Shown in pieces: positions 25,549 to 36,445 of a DNA stretch of 64,000 nucleotides (its first letter is position 1; the number at the start of each line of letters is the position of its first letter). The stretch covers positions 4,643 to 68,642 of IMG/VR virus record IMGVR_UViG_3300046475_000322. One strand, written 5' to 3'. The stretch comes from a virus. Lineage: Duplodnaviria > Caudoviricetes. A program made the position numbers and the translations under genes. The notes under the pieces are model-generated. The model saw only the letters and a program-made list of their open reading frames with translations. It was not told where the DNA came from and searched no databases.

Positions 25549-26567
25549 GCGACGCGGAGCATCGTCATGTACGAGCCCGCTTTGAGGGTGGTGCCGGATC
25601 CGTCGGAAGCGTTCTGTGCCCACTGGAGCGTGAAGTTCCCGGCCGTGCTGCTCATGACGAGGCGGCCGTAGACACGGACCGCGGTAAGGCCAGTACCCAC
25701 ACCGAACGCGAGCGTCGCCGCGGCCGAAGCGGTCGCGAGCTTGCCGATCCACTCACCGTCGGAGCTGGTACCAGTGCTGAGGTTGGTGGAGTGGGCGCCG
25801 GCGCCGTGCATGTCGAAGGTGGCGCTGGCTGGGCAGGTGAACGACATCTTGAAGTCGCCGACGAAGTCGGTTGCCTCGGTCATGTAGAGGTCGAGGGCGA
25901 ACGTGTAGATGGCGTTGGCGACGACGGGCAGCACGAGGTGGTTGTCGTCCTGGAGGGTGGCACTGGACGTGACGGTCTCGTCCGCCGACTTGGCGATGTA
26001 CTGCAGTTGACCAACACCGTTGACAGTCAGGTTGAGGTCGACGATCAGGCTGTCGTCGGTCTTCAACACGTTGGCGGCGGACCGGTACAGGTTGGTGTCC
26101 TGGGCGAGCGCGCCGGTGGACCATTCGAGGCGGCCGTCGGCCCGGACAGCGACCCGGGATACGGAGTCGCCGGTGACGCGGCTGGACAGGACGTAGTCGC
26201 CGGTGGCGCTCGACAGGAGCGCCGCGTAGCTGGCCGTGGAGCCGCTGGCCCCGATGTTGACCTGCTTGGCGGAGGCCAACTTGAGGTTGTTGTTGAACGT
26301 CGCCGAGCTGTTGGGGATCTCCACCCACGACGCCGACGCCGGCGCTGTGCCGTTGGAGAAGTACGTCCGGTAGCTGGTGTCGGTCTCCATGATGGGCTTG
26401 CCGCTGTAGGGCGACGACGGCCGGGTCGAGGACGTGCAGGACTGGAAGCCGACGGCCAAGTCGACCTTGTCCCAGTTCCCGCCCAGGTCGAGGGGATAGT
26501 TGACGAGCTCGGACCCGTCCGACAGGGACTTGTACAGGGCCAGCCTGCTGGTAGACGGATCAGGCAT
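25545..26567 (-). CDS. Minor tail/fibre protein
   Basis: Last gene of tail operon; S/T-rich beta-strand pattern, QWAQNASD...LKAGSY C-terminus. Confidence 0.8.
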   Translation of the reverse strand: MPDPSTSRLALYKSLSDGSELVNYPLDLGGNWDKVDLAVGFQSCTSSTRPSSPYSGKPIMETDTSYRTYFSNGTAPASASWVEIPNSSATFNNNLKLASAKQVNIGASGSTASYAALLSSATGDYVLSSRVTGDSVSRVAVRADGRLEWSTGALAQDTNLYRSAANVLKTDDSLIVDLNLTVNGVGQLQYIAKSADETVTSSATLQDDNHLVLPVVANAIYTFALDLYMTEATDFVGDFKMSFTCPASATFDMHGAGAHSTNLSTGTSSDGEWIGKLATASAAATLAFGVGTGLTAVRVYGRLVMSSTAGNFTLQWAQNASDGSGTTLKAGSYMTMLRVA

Positions 26568-27150
26568 GCGAGTTGTCCTTCACTACGAGGGGCTTGGCCA
26601 CCGGCTCGGGAGCAGCACGGCCTTGGGCAACGAGGCGCCGCTGGTGGATCTCGCCGGCCTTCCTGGCGACCCAGTCAGCGTCGACGCCGTGATTCGCACG
26701 GATGAGGTCGAGTGGGTCCTTCTTGCCCTTCGGCGCAGCGACCCGCACGTTGTGGGTCTTGCCGTGCTCAATGCGCAGCAGGTGCGCCTCGCGGGCGGTT
26801 GCCGCATCGGTCGCGGTGTACAGGGTGGTGGGGATCAGATCGCCCTTGCGTGCCGTGCCGCGCGAGACGAGCGCAGGCGACAGCAAGCCCGCCGCGGCGG
26901 CCGGGTCTTCGCCCTTGAGGGGATCATCGGGGTGGGGTGCGTAGGGCTCGTGGAGGACGATGTCGAGGAGCTGGTCGACGTCGGTGGGGTCGATGCCGTA
27001 CTCGGCTGCCCGCTGGAGCAGCGTGAACTTGGGGAAGACGTGCCGGTGCCCGGTCCCGTCCGGTTTGATCATGTCGACGGCCCAGCAGGGCATGCCGGGG
27101 TTCGGCCAGTACTCGCTGACCGCCTGGACTGTGAATTCGTCAGCTGCCAT
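26560..27150 (-). CDS. Tail-associated hypothetical protein
   Basis: ATG 27150 MAADEFTVQ; sits between two minor tail genes. Confidence 0.7.
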   Translation of the reverse strand: MAADEFTVQAVSEYWPNPGMPCWAVDMIKPDGTGHRHVFPKFTLLQRAAEYGIDPTDVDQLLDIVLHEPYAPHPDDPLKGEDPAAAAGLLSPALVSRGTARKGDLIPTTLYTATDAATAREAHLLRIEHGKTHNVRVAAPKGKKDPLDLIRANHGVDADWVARKAGEIHQRRLVAQGRAAPEPVAKPLVVKDNSHA

Positions 27151-27151
27151 G

Positions 27152-30019
27152 TCAGATCCTGTAGCACCAGAAGTAGAGGGACCATGCACCGTCAGCGGCG
27201 CCGGAAAGCTGCACGCTGAAGGACGTTGTGTCGGAGGCGAAGATGCAGAACCCGCGTGTGTTGGCCACGGTGGGGGCGTCGCGGATGGACACGATCGGCA
27301 CCAGTTGGGTGTCCATGGTCGACCCGAACGACAGGGTCAAGCTGGTGCCGCTGGACGTGCCCGTGGTCGTCCCGGTGAACAGGCCCTCGTTACTGTCCAC
27401 GGCGACGAAGTCAGACCAGCGGCCGACGTGCCGGGTCCTGCCGCTGGTGAAATCGATGTAGTTGCCGGTCGTGGCGCTGCCGGGGTTCCAGCCCACACGG
27501 CCAAGGGCGCTGGTGGCGCTGAACTGGCCGCCGTCCACACCGTCCCGGACGTAACCGGAGAAGAAGGTGCCGGCTGTCGCTGCGGCCCAGCCGCCGCGCC
27601 GGGCTTGAGTGTCGGCGCGGATGACCGAGAGTTCGGCGGTCCCCGTGTTGAGGAACGCTCGGGAGATGACCTGGGTGCCGGTGCCGTCGTCGTAGGCCGA
27701 GGAGTTCATGCCGAGGCTGACGTCGGTCCCGGCGCTGACAGCGTTGATGTAGCCGTAGTCGGTGCCGGTGTTGGCGTACCAGCGGATTTCCGGCAGGAAC
27801 GTCGACGTCGGGTTGATCTCGATGCGCTTACCGGACGTGCCGCTCTTGAGCTGGCCGACGATGGTGACCGAGCCGTCGGACGCTGCGATGGCGACAGTCT
27901 GTGTCCCGGCTGCATCCCAGCAGCCGAGGCCGCCGCTGTTGAGCTCGACTCGGGCGCCGGTGTCGGCGGTCTTGATGCGGGCGCCGACGATGAAGTCTGC
28001 GCCGATGGTGCCCGCGGTGACCTTGGAGACGGTGAGGTCGGAGATGTGGGCGTCGTCGATGAGGAGCGCGGTCGCCGTCGCCGCGTCGGACGGCCCGGAC
28101 TTGTTGCCTGTCTGGTCGACTGCGACGACCCGCACGTACCGGGCGGACGTCTCCTCCACCTGCACCGTGGCCACGATGGGGATCTGTGCCTGGATCATCC
28201 CCGCCGTCGCGGAGGCCTTCGCCTTCAGCGTCGACTCGGACGGCGTGAAGGTGGGCTCGTAGTCGACGTGGATCTCCAGGTGGTGGAGATCCGACTCCAG
28301 GTTGTAGGTGCCGCCGGACGACTTGCCGAGCGTGTGAGTGATCTGCACCGCGATCCGCGACGCCGCCACCGACGGAGCGGCCGGCGTTGACGGCGGCAGG
28401 TTGTCGGAGGAGGCGACGAACGTGGTCGTGCCGGACCAGGCCCCGGTGTTGCCGGTCTTGTCCACGGCCCGGATCTGTACGTCGTAGCCGACCCCCGGCG
28501 ACAGGTCCTGCAACTGGGCTGTGGTCTGGTCCCAGTTGACGACCATCGTCTGCCACTGCCCGGTAGGGGAGGCGAACGGCTGCGCCCAGGTCTGCATGTC
28601 CTGCCAGCGGACCGCGGATACGGATGCCCAGGTGGCGGGGTAGATCATGTCGGTGTCGACGGCGTAGCGGATCTCGTAGTGGTCCCCGTCGAGGACCGTG
28701 GTGCCGTCGACGTTGAGGGGGGCGTTCCAGGAGACGATGACGCGGGCCCGGGTGAAGCCGCGCGCGTCGAGGTAGGCCACCCCCGTGAACGGCTCGATCA
28801 ACGTCGGCTGCGCGGGCGTGGACGTGTCCGCGTTCGGGCGGGACCCGACCGGCTCCCCGGCCGAGGTGAGTGCCCGGTCGAAGCCGCCGACCGTCACGTA
28901 GGTGCCGGCGTCGGAGGTCTCGATGTGGTCGGTGAGGTCGTACCACGTGCCGTTGGCGCTGCGGTAGGCGACGGTGTAGCCGGCGGTGACACCCCAGGAG
29001 ATCTCGGTGACCTGGAGCTTGATCGGGTTGAGGCGCTGCCCGCGGAAGTTGATCTCGACGTTCGGGTTGTAGAGCTGCTTGTCGGGGTCGTAGGCGTACA
29101 CGTAGTCGCCGAGCGCGAAGCTGCCCTCGACGTCGTAGTCCTGGATGTTCAGCCTGAGGTCTTGCTTCGGCGCCGTGTACTGGGAGAGGGAGAGTGCGGC
29201 GCGTGTGGCGGCGTTCGTCGCGGCGGTGTCGGACTCGCTGACGAGCCGGGTGAACTTGACGGCGTTGCCGTGGATGTCCTTGTAACCGGTGGCCGGAGAC
29301 AGGTCCGCGGACCCGGTGGCAATGCTCGCGCCCTCGCCCTCCGCCAGCAGGACAACGCGGGTGGTGTAGTCCTCCACATCCCCGGTGAGGTCGAGGCTGC
29401 CGGGTACGCCTCGCATGGCCATGTCGTCGCCAGCACCGGTGGCGATGATCGTGCACGTAGGGGTGGTGACGAACAGCGAACTCTCTGGCCCCGCGTCCAA
29501 GGTGCCGTCGCCGTTGACGCGCCAGGTGACGGGGATGCTGGTGGTGGACATGGTCTGGCAGACGTACTGGATGGCCTCGCGCGGCGACTGCCACTGGTGC
29601 GTGCCCGAGTACTGCCCGGCGACCGAGTAGAGGGTGCCTTCGGTGACGGCGCCGGACGCGGGGAGCAGCGCGCGGATCGTGTTGGCGAACGTCGCGGACG
29701 CGGCGGTGACGGCGTTCTCGTAGACGTCGCCCTTGTTGTCTTGGTCGCCGAGCCACATGGCCATGCCGACGCCGCTGACCTTGATGTTGTCGTTGGGGAT
29801 CTTCGTGCGGGCGTCGTCCGCCAGGCTGTTGCCGGTGAGGACGCCGACGTAGCGGGCCGCGCGCAGCAGGTTGTCCCCGTACAGCAGCGGGTCGACGCGG
29901 CCGCGGACGATCGCCAGGTGCCCGTAGTAGGCGAGCGCGTCGAGCTTCTCGCGGGGGATCGTCGGGAGGAGGTCGATCTCCCACTGCCCGAGCGCGTTGA
30001 GGGACTCCTGAACGGTCAC
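27152..30019 (-). CDS. Minor tail protein (hub/central fibre) with fibronectin III domains
   Basis: 955 aa; VIVSWNAP...LSPGVGYDVQIRAVDKTGNTGAWS. Confidence 0.85.
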   Translation of the reverse strand: MTVQESLNALGQWEIDLLPTIPREKLDALAYYGHLAIVRGRVDPLLYGDNLLRAARYVGVLTGNSLADDARTKIPNDNIKVSGVGMAMWLGDQDNKGDVYENAVTAASATFANTIRALLPASGAVTEGTLYSVAGQYSGTHQWQSPREAIQYVCQTMSTTSIPVTWRVNGDGTLDAGPESSLFVTTPTCTIIATGAGDDMAMRGVPGSLDLTGDVEDYTTRVVLLAEGEGASIATGSADLSPATGYKDIHGNAVKFTRLVSESDTAATNAATRAALSLSQYTAPKQDLRLNIQDYDVEGSFALGDYVYAYDPDKQLYNPNVEINFRGQRLNPIKLQVTEISWGVTAGYTVAYRSANGTWYDLTDHIETSDAGTYVTVGGFDRALTSAGEPVGSRPNADTSTPAQPTLIEPFTGVAYLDARGFTRARVIVSWNAPLNVDGTTVLDGDHYEIRYAVDTDMIYPATWASVSAVRWQDMQTWAQPFASPTGQWQTMVVNWDQTTAQLQDLSPGVGYDVQIRAVDKTGNTGAWSGTTTFVASSDNLPPSTPAAPSVAASRIAVQITHTLGKSSGGTYNLESDLHHLEIHVDYEPTFTPSESTLKAKASATAGMIQAQIPIVATVQVEETSARYVRVVAVDQTGNKSGPSDAATATALLIDDAHISDLTVSKVTAGTIGADFIVGARIKTADTGARVELNSGGLGCWDAAGTQTVAIAASDGSVTIVGQLKSGTSGKRIEINPTSTFLPEIRWYANTGTDYGYINAVSAGTDVSLGMNSSAYDDGTGTQVISRAFLNTGTAELSVIRADTQARRGGWAAATAGTFFSGYVRDGVDGGQFSATSALGRVGWNPGSATTGNYIDFTSGRTRHVGRWSDFVAVDSNEGLFTGTTTGTSSGTSLTLSFGSTMDTQLVPIVSIRDAPTVANTRGFCIFASDTTSFSVQLSGAADGAWSLYFWCYRI

Positions 30020-30023
30020 CCGG

Positions 30024-31238
30024 TCACCGCCTCACACAGTAGGTAGCTTCCGGCAGACACGCGATGTACATGTTCCGCAGGTCAGTGGCCGCGTCCCCGG
30101 AGACAGCGGAGCCGCCGCCGGCCACCACCCCGATCCAGAAGTCGAGGCTCGTTGCCGAGGCCTTCGTGACGCCGCCGTTCGTGTGGGCGGTGAAGGTGCG
30201 TGCGCTGCCGCAGGCGAAGCGGTTGCTGTCCGAGTCGTTGCCGGTGGCGGTGACGTACCCGGACGCCGCGAACGAGGTGTTGGTCTCCAGGCTGCTGCGG
30301 TAGGCGGCGAGGGTGGCGGACGTGCCGATCTGGAGGTAGCCCTCGACGAACCGGGAGCCGCGGCGCAGCGACAGGTCCAGGGTCGCGCGGCCGGGGGACT
30401 GGCCCTTGGACAGGCGGAGGATGACCTGCTCGGGGTCGTTGCGCAGCAGGCTCGCAGAGTCCCACGAGGTGATCGACGACGCCGACCCGGCCACCGAGAC
30501 GTTCCACAGCTTCGAGTGCCACGCCCCGCCCGTGTACGCCTGCACATCGAACGAAGCCGACGCGCTGGGTGTGACGTTCACCAGCCCGTTCGACAACGCC
30601 CACGCCGCAGCCGGGACCGGGCGCGCTGTCCCCTCCAGCTCGATCGGTGCGGCCGGCGTCGTCGTGTCCGTGACCCGGACCCGGCCGGTCAGGTAGTTCG
30701 CCGGGTCGCAGCCCCAGCGCGGGATCACGCCCGAGGGCACGCTGCGGTAGACGGTCATCGCCCCATCCGCGCCGGTGCGGGTCATGGTGGTGGGGTTCGT
30801 GCTCCCGGTGTAGTAGCCGAAGTGCCCGATCGGCGGCGCGTGCCACCGCTCCCCTGTCAGAGAGAAGTCGTTGATCCTCACGACCCCGGTGAGCCGGGAG
30901 TTGAGGTCGACCTCGCCCGCGCTGCCCAGCCGGTCCAAGGCGATCGTCCAGTCCGCGGTGAGCATCTCGGTGCGGTACTCGATGAGCGTCGACGCGCACG
31001 AGGTGACCTGGTAGTAGCCGTTCCTCTCGGGCTTGTCGGTGAAGGTGACGGCTACCGGGCTCTGCGCTTCGAGGCCGTTGATGTTGTCGTGCGCACCCAC
31101 GAGTTGGAGGCGGGTGAGCGGGGGCATCGACTCCTGCCCGGCGATGGACAGGCTGCGGTTGCCGCCCTGCTCCGCCGCCTGGAACGTCTCCCGCAGCAGG
31201 ATGCGGCCGAGTTGGATGCTGCCCCAGTTGTAGACCAT
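30024..31238 (-). CDS. Minor tail (distal-tail-like) protein
   Basis: 404 aa directly after tape measure. Confidence 0.75.
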   Translation of the reverse strand: MVYNWGSIQLGRILLRETFQAAEQGGNRSLSIAGQESMPPLTRLQLVGAHDNINGLEAQSPVAVTFTDKPERNGYYQVTSCASTLIEYRTEMLTADWTIALDRLGSAGEVDLNSRLTGVVRINDFSLTGERWHAPPIGHFGYYTGSTNPTTMTRTGADGAMTVYRSVPSGVIPRWGCDPANYLTGRVRVTDTTTPAAPIELEGTARPVPAAAWALSNGLVNVTPSASASFDVQAYTGGAWHSKLWNVSVAGSASSITSWDSASLLRNDPEQVILRLSKGQSPGRATLDLSLRRGSRFVEGYLQIGTSATLAAYRSSLETNTSFAASGYVTATGNDSDSNRFACGSARTFTAHTNGGVTKASATSLDFWIGVVAGGGSAVSGDAATDLRNMYIACLPEATYCVRR

Positions 31239-31240
31239 GG

Positions 31241-34200
31241 TCAGCGCCTCCTGCTGTTCTCAAGCTTGCGGATCTCTTCCTTCACCGGGTCCGCAATCGC
31301 CTGCGCAAACCGCTTGGCCTCGGCGTCCGTGGGGATCGTCATCGACCGGACCTCGACGGACACGTTGACCGTGCAGCCCTCGGCGAGACCGCCCTTGCCC
31401 AGGCCGGTGACGATGCTGCGGAACGCCTCGTGCTCCTCCGACGTGAGGACCGCCTCGGGCTTGCGGGTCTTGTTGATCGCCATCGTCGCGCCGGGCTGGA
31501 GCAGCCCGCCGGAGTCGTACTTCGCGGCCGGCGCGAAGCCCCACCGACTGGTGAACAACGAGTCCTTGTAGCCGCGGGCCGAGCTGCCCATGTGGACGCC
31601 GCGCCCGCCAGAGGATTCGACGTTCATTCCGGCGAGCGTGCCCGCGGTGTGCCCGACACCGGCGTTGGTGATCCCGACCATGAACGGGGAGTTCAGGTTC
31701 CGCACCCAGCCAGACGGAGCGGACGACCCGAACGCCCCCGTCGCCCACCGGCGGTGCGGCTTCTCCCCACGGATCACGGACTCGATCGCCGACATCAGAC
31801 CCGAACAGTCCCAGGACGGATTCCCGTTACCAGCCCACTGGTAAGGCAGTCCGTTCTGCGTCTTCACCCACGACAGGGCGCGCTGCACGGCCGGCCCGCC
31901 GACGGCCTTCTTGTCCTCGTTGCCGAACCAGTTCATCATCCCGTCGACGGCCTTGTTGGACAGGCCGCGCATCAGGTTGCCGATACCCGAGCCGGGGATC
32001 TGGTTGATGAGCGGGCGGACCAGACCACTGATGGCCTTCTGCGCGGCCGCCTTGAGCCCGCCGATGACGACGTCCTTGGCCCAGTCGTAGGCGCCGCCGA
32101 TCGCACCGCCGATACCGGAGGTGACCTTGCCGACGATGCCGCCGGACGCGTAGTGCTGCTGCCCTGCCTGCTCGCGCTGCCGCTCCTGCTGCCGGGAGGG
32201 GTTGCCGCCGGTTCGGGTGGGCTGGTCACGGCCGAGCATGGCGTCGATGCCTCGGTGCCCGCCGAGGGCTGAGACCTGCTGGTTGGAGAGGATGCGCTCG
32301 CCGGGGGTGAGCATGGCGGGGACGGTGTCGCTGTTGCCGGTGCCGGGGACGACACCGCCGGTGTTGAAGTTGAGGGGGACCTTGGGGAGGGTGATGCTGC
32401 TGGAGATCTTCCCGGCGATGCTGTTCCACATGGTGCGGATGCCGTGGTTGTAGACCGCGTCGATGACGAACTTCACCGGCGAACCGATCTTCGACTTGAT
32501 GCCACTCCAGATGGTGCCGAGCGCATCCCTCAGGGTGGAGAACGCCGACTTCATCCCGTTCTTGAACGAGGTGATCTTGCTGTTGATGGTGGAGAAGATG
32601 CTCGTGACCTTGTCGCGAGCGCCGTTCCACATCGACGACCACGTGTTCGTGATCGACGTCTTCAAGCTGGTCACACTGTCGCGGAAGCTCTTCCACGCTC
32701 CGGCGAACGACGTCTTCAACCCGCCCCAGAAGGTGTTCCACTTCTCCTTGACCGTGGACCACAGCCCGTTCCAGATGGCGATAATGCCGTTCTTCAGATC
32801 CGTAAAGATCTTCTTCGTGCTCGTCCACAACGACGTGAACCACACGACGATCGCGTTGACCAGATCGGGGACGACGCTGTGTCCGACTAGAAAGTCATAC
32901 AGCCACGAGAATCCGTCGGCGACGAGCTTCACGCCAGCGCTGATCGCGTCGACAAACTTCGTGATGCCGCCAATGACCACGTTGATTACCGGCACGAGGA
33001 TGCCGATCGCCCCCGCCAACACCCCCGTCAGCAGCTGCGCGAGACCGACGATCAGCGGCATCAACGGTGTGATCACCTGCATCGCCAGGTTGAGGAGCGA
33101 CACGGTCAGCTGCGCGAGCGGCGGGATCAGCGGCAGCAGCGCCGGATAGAGCTGCGCAAACAGGGGCGCGATCTGGGCAAAGAGCTGACCGAACATCTGC
33201 ACCACAGGCACGAGCGCCGTGATCACCGGTGCGAAGAACTGCACCAACGCGGTGACCACCGTCTGCAAGTTGTCGGCGAACAACTTGATGAACGGTGCCA
33301 GCGCCGTGATGACCGCGCCGAGAAGGTCGCCGATGGGCTGGAGCAACGGCATGATCGACTGCACCAGGCCGACGAGCAGGTCCCCCAGGTCGCCAACGAT
33401 CGGGAGCAGCGCATCCATGATCGGCATGAGCGCCTTGCCCAGGGCATCGGCGAGTTGGGCAAGGACCGGCCCGAACTTCGTGGCCAACTCCGTGACCACC
33501 GGCGCCAGTGCTGCGAGCAGCGGCAACACCGCTTGAATGACCGCGCCGAGCGTGCCAGCGAAGAGCTTGGCGATAGCGTTGACGGCCTGGAAGATCGAAG
33601 TCAGGGCCGCCTGCACCTCGGGCATGGCCGTGATCCGGCGCAGCTCCGCGAACACCGCGCTGAGGCCACCCAGCGCGTCCCCGCCGCCGGCCGCCGCAGC
33701 TTTCATGACGTTGCCGAGCGTCCCGAAGATGTCGCCGATCAGCTGGCCGAACTGCTTGGCCACCTCGACGGCGCGGTTGATGCTGTCCTCCAACGCACCT
33801 GACTTGAAGGCGTCGGCGAGTTTCTTCGCGATGCCGTCCGCCGACGCGCCCGCTGCTGTGGTCAGCCGGGCGAACGCGGGGGACGCGGCGACACTGATCT
33901 GCGTCAGCCCGGTGATGAACTGCCCGGGAATCTTGGTGAGCGGCTTGAGCCCGTTGTTGAGGCCGTCGAACATCTGCCGCAGGGTCCCGGCCTTGCCCAG
34001 CTCGGTGACGGCGTCGAACGCGTTCTTCGCCATGGTGTTCAGGACCGTCGCCGTCCCGGTCAGCCCGGCCTTCAACGACGGCAGGATCGCCGCCGACATG
34101 GTCGTGAACTTCTGGCCGAGCCCGTCGAACAACGCGTTCTGCACGTCCAACTTGAGGCCGCGCCACGCCTCCCGCTGCGCGATGACTGCCCGGACGAACG

Positions 34201-36055
34201 CCTGCGCGGCCGGGGCGAGCTTGGCCATCGCATTCGCGGTAGCGGTCGTAGCGGCCGCCGACTTCGTCTGCGCGACCGTGAGCGCCTCGGCTGCCTCGCG
34301 TGCCGCGTCCTGCGCGTCCTTGATCTGCCGCGCCCCGTCGACTGCCGCCTTCGCCGCCGCGGCCTGAGCATCCGCCACGTCGCGCTGCGCCTTCGCGATC
34401 CGCTGCGCCCCGTCCTCCTGGGCACGGGCAGCATCGGTCTCCGCGTCCGCCAGTTCCTTCGTCTTGTCGGTGACGTCCTGGTTCGCGTCGGAGATCTTCC
34501 CCTTGGCGTCCGTGACCGTCTTGCTGCCCTCGACCCCGGCCGCGTTCGCAGCGTCCGTCTGATCCTGCAGGCGGGCGGTCTCCGTCTGCTGCTCGGACAG
34601 CGCCTGCACGGCCTTGTCGTACTGCAGCTGCGCCTTGTCGATCTCCTCCTGCGTAGCCTTCGCGCCCTTGGCCTTGACCGCAGCGAGCTCCTGCTCCGCG
34701 TCCTGGAGGTCCAACACCTTCTGCCGCTGGTCCAGCTGCGCGTCGACGAGACGGGCGTTGAGATCCTCCAGCTCCTCCGCAGCCTCCCGACGCGCGCCGT
34801 TCAAGTCTTCCTGCGCCTGCCGGGCCGCACGCTGCGCGTCCGCGAGATCCCGCTCCGCCGACTCCACCGAATCCAGCGCCCGCCGGTTCGCATCGGCAAC
34901 GTCCTGCACCGTGTTCTTCAGGGACTCCTGCGCGTCCTGAATGTCTCGGGCCGCCTTCACCCGGGCTTCGGCGGCGTTGACCTCTGCGTCCTTCACCGCC
35001 TGCTGCGCCTTGGCGAGAGACCGCTGTGCGGCCTCGACCCGCCGCGTCGAGTTCTCCGCCGCGGCCGCCGACTTCGCGGCCGGCGCGAACGCCTGCTTGA
35101 ACGCATCCCCGATCCCCGACATACCGACCTTGATCGCGGCGAACGCGGCACCCAACGACAGCACCGCCGGCGCGGCAATCGCGGCGGCCGGGCCCATTTG
35201 CATGATGGCCTGCCCGAGAGAGGCCAGGGTGGGGAGCGAGCCGACAGCGAGAGCCCAAATGTTGGTGAGGGAGCCCTTGATGGCGGAGAAGGCGCCGGAG
35301 AGGCCGCCGCCGAACATGCTGCTGATCCGGGATGCCGCGGAGCGGTCGACGTCGGCGCGCACGTTCACGGTCCGGTTGCGGGTCAGCGTGTCGAGCCGGG
35401 CGCGCGCGGCCGCGTCGTTGAGGTTGACGCCGACCGTCATGTCCCGGCGGCGGGTGAGGTTGGCGAGGTCGTCGGCTGCGGCGCGGGTGTCGACGTCGAC
35501 ACCGATCCGGACCCGACGGCGCGCGGTCAGGTTCGCGATCTCCGCGGCGCCGACCCGGGTGTCCACGCTGGCCCGGATGTTGACGACCCGCTCTTTGGTC
35601 AGCCGGTCGAGCTGGTTCTGTACGGTCCGGTACGCGGCGTCGCTGATCCTCGGGAGGATGTCGACCGTCTGCTGGCCGGACAGTGCGCCAAGTCTGGCCG
35701 TGACCGCAGAGTCGTCGAGCCGCGCGGTGAGCTTCACTACGCGGTCGCGGGTGAGCTTGGCCAGGCCGCTGATCGCGGCCTTGTCGTCGAGCTGCGGGGT
35801 GAGCTTGAGTACCCGCGGCTTGGTGAGGTTCCGCAGGGAGGTGGTTACGGCCCGGTCGTCGAAGCGTGCTGTGAGCTTGACGGTGCGGGGCTTGACCAGC
35901 GCGCTGAGCCTGGCCTTGGCGTCCTTGTCGTCCAGCTTGGCCAGAACCGACGCGTTGTTCTTCTTGGCCTTGAGCCGGTCCATCGCCCGGTCGTAGCCGG
36001 ACTCGTCAGCCGTGACCTCGACATAACCCTCGGCGATTCGAAAGGAACCAGCCAC
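31241..36055 (-). CDS. Tape measure protein with C-terminal NlpC/P60-like domain
   Basis: 1604 aa Ala-rich helical repeats; GLPYQWAG..SWDCSG...GHT. Confidence 0.93.
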   Translation of the reverse strand: MAGSFRIAEGYVEVTADESGYDRAMDRLKAKKNNASVLAKLDDKDAKARLSALVKPRTVKLTARFDDRAVTTSLRNLTKPRVLKLTPQLDDKAAISGLAKLTRDRVVKLTARLDDSAVTARLGALSGQQTVDILPRISDAAYRTVQNQLDRLTKERVVNIRASVDTRVGAAEIANLTARRRVRIGVDVDTRAAADDLANLTRRRDMTVGVNLNDAAARARLDTLTRNRTVNVRADVDRSAASRISSMFGGGLSGAFSAIKGSLTNIWALAVGSLPTLASLGQAIMQMGPAAAIAAPAVLSLGAAFAAIKVGMSGIGDAFKQAFAPAAKSAAAAENSTRRVEAAQRSLAKAQQAVKDAEVNAAEARVKAARDIQDAQESLKNTVQDVADANRRALDSVESAERDLADAQRAARQAQEDLNGARREAAEELEDLNARLVDAQLDQRQKVLDLQDAEQELAAVKAKGAKATQEEIDKAQLQYDKAVQALSEQQTETARLQDQTDAANAAGVEGSKTVTDAKGKISDANQDVTDKTKELADAETDAARAQEDGAQRIAKAQRDVADAQAAAAKAAVDGARQIKDAQDAAREAAEALTVAQTKSAAATTATANAMAKLAPAAQAFVRAVIAQREAWRGLKLDVQNALFDGLGQKFTTMSAAILPSLKAGLTGTATVLNTMAKNAFDAVTELGKAGTLRQMFDGLNNGLKPLTKIPGQFITGLTQISVAASPAFARLTTAAGASADGIAKKLADAFKSGALEDSINRAVEVAKQFGQLIGDIFGTLGNVMKAAAAGGGDALGGLSAVFAELRRITAMPEVQAALTSIFQAVNAIAKLFAGTLGAVIQAVLPLLAALAPVVTELATKFGPVLAQLADALGKALMPIMDALLPIVGDLGDLLVGLVQSIMPLLQPIGDLLGAVITALAPFIKLFADNLQTVVTALVQFFAPVITALVPVVQMFGQLFAQIAPLFAQLYPALLPLIPPLAQLTVSLLNLAMQVITPLMPLIVGLAQLLTGVLAGAIGILVPVINVVIGGITKFVDAISAGVKLVADGFSWLYDFLVGHSVVPDLVNAIVVWFTSLWTSTKKIFTDLKNGIIAIWNGLWSTVKEKWNTFWGGLKTSFAGAWKSFRDSVTSLKTSITNTWSSMWNGARDKVTSIFSTINSKITSFKNGMKSAFSTLRDALGTIWSGIKSKIGSPVKFVIDAVYNHGIRTMWNSIAGKISSSITLPKVPLNFNTGGVVPGTGNSDTVPAMLTPGERILSNQQVSALGGHRGIDAMLGRDQPTRTGGNPSRQQERQREQAGQQHYASGGIVGKVTSGIGGAIGGAYDWAKDVVIGGLKAAAQKAISGLVRPLINQIPGSGIGNLMRGLSNKAVDGMMNWFGNEDKKAVGGPAVQRALSWVKTQNGLPYQWAGNGNPSWDCSGLMSAIESVIRGEKPHRRWATGAFGSSAPSGWVRNLNSPFMVGITNAGVGHTAGTLAGMNVESSGGRGVHMGSSARGYKDSLFTSRWGFAPAAKYDSGGLLQPGATMAINKTRKPEAVLTSEEHEAFRSIVTGLGKGGLAEGCTVNVSVEVRSMTIPTDAEAKRFAQAIADPVKEEIRKLENSRRR

Positions 36056-36058
36056 GAC

Positions 36059-36445
36059 CTACCCTCCCTGCGCGACGCTCACCCAGCCCGGGAAGCTGGC
36101 CCGGAACTGAGTCAGTGAGACCTCGGCGGCCTCGCCTCCGCCGTGCCTGGTCGGCTCGGCGGTGCTGCTCGTGCGGGTTGGGGTGGTGCGGTTGACCGGC
36201 GGGCTGCTCTCGCGGGCCTCGTCAGCTCGGGCGGCCATCACGCCCTGGTAGGCGGTCAGCCGGTAGGCGAGGGCGAAGTAGCGGGGGCCCGTGATCTCGA
36301 CGTGCTCAAGGTCGAGGCCGTAGATGGCGAGGAAGTCGGCGTCGATGTCGGCCTCGTGATCGAGGACCCACATCACTTGGCTGATCCGGTCCGCGAGAGC
36401 TTCCGGCCAGCCGTGGTCGTAGGCCCAGTCACGCAGGCGGTTCAC
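36059..36445 (-). CDS. Tail assembly chaperone, frameshift extension (T)
   Basis: In the -1 frame of upstream chaperone after slippery site. Confidence 0.8.
   Translation of the reverse strand: MNRLRDWAYDHGWPEALADRISQVMWVLDHEADIDADFLAIYGLDLEHVEITGPRYFALAYRLTAYQGVMAARADEARESSPPVNRTTPTRTSSTAEPTRHGGGEAAEVSLTQFRASFPGWVSVAQGG

Noticed and set aside
27828-35258. Long Arg/Gly-rich ORFs (27828-29984, 28679-30046, 32895-35258)
   Set aside because: Off-frame or antisense shadows of tail genes; no RBS or domain signal, unlike the nested methylase ORF
36031-36045. cggcgattcgaaagg resembling the late motif
   Set aside because: Inside tape-measure coding sequence, on the wrong strand, and lacks the ctac half
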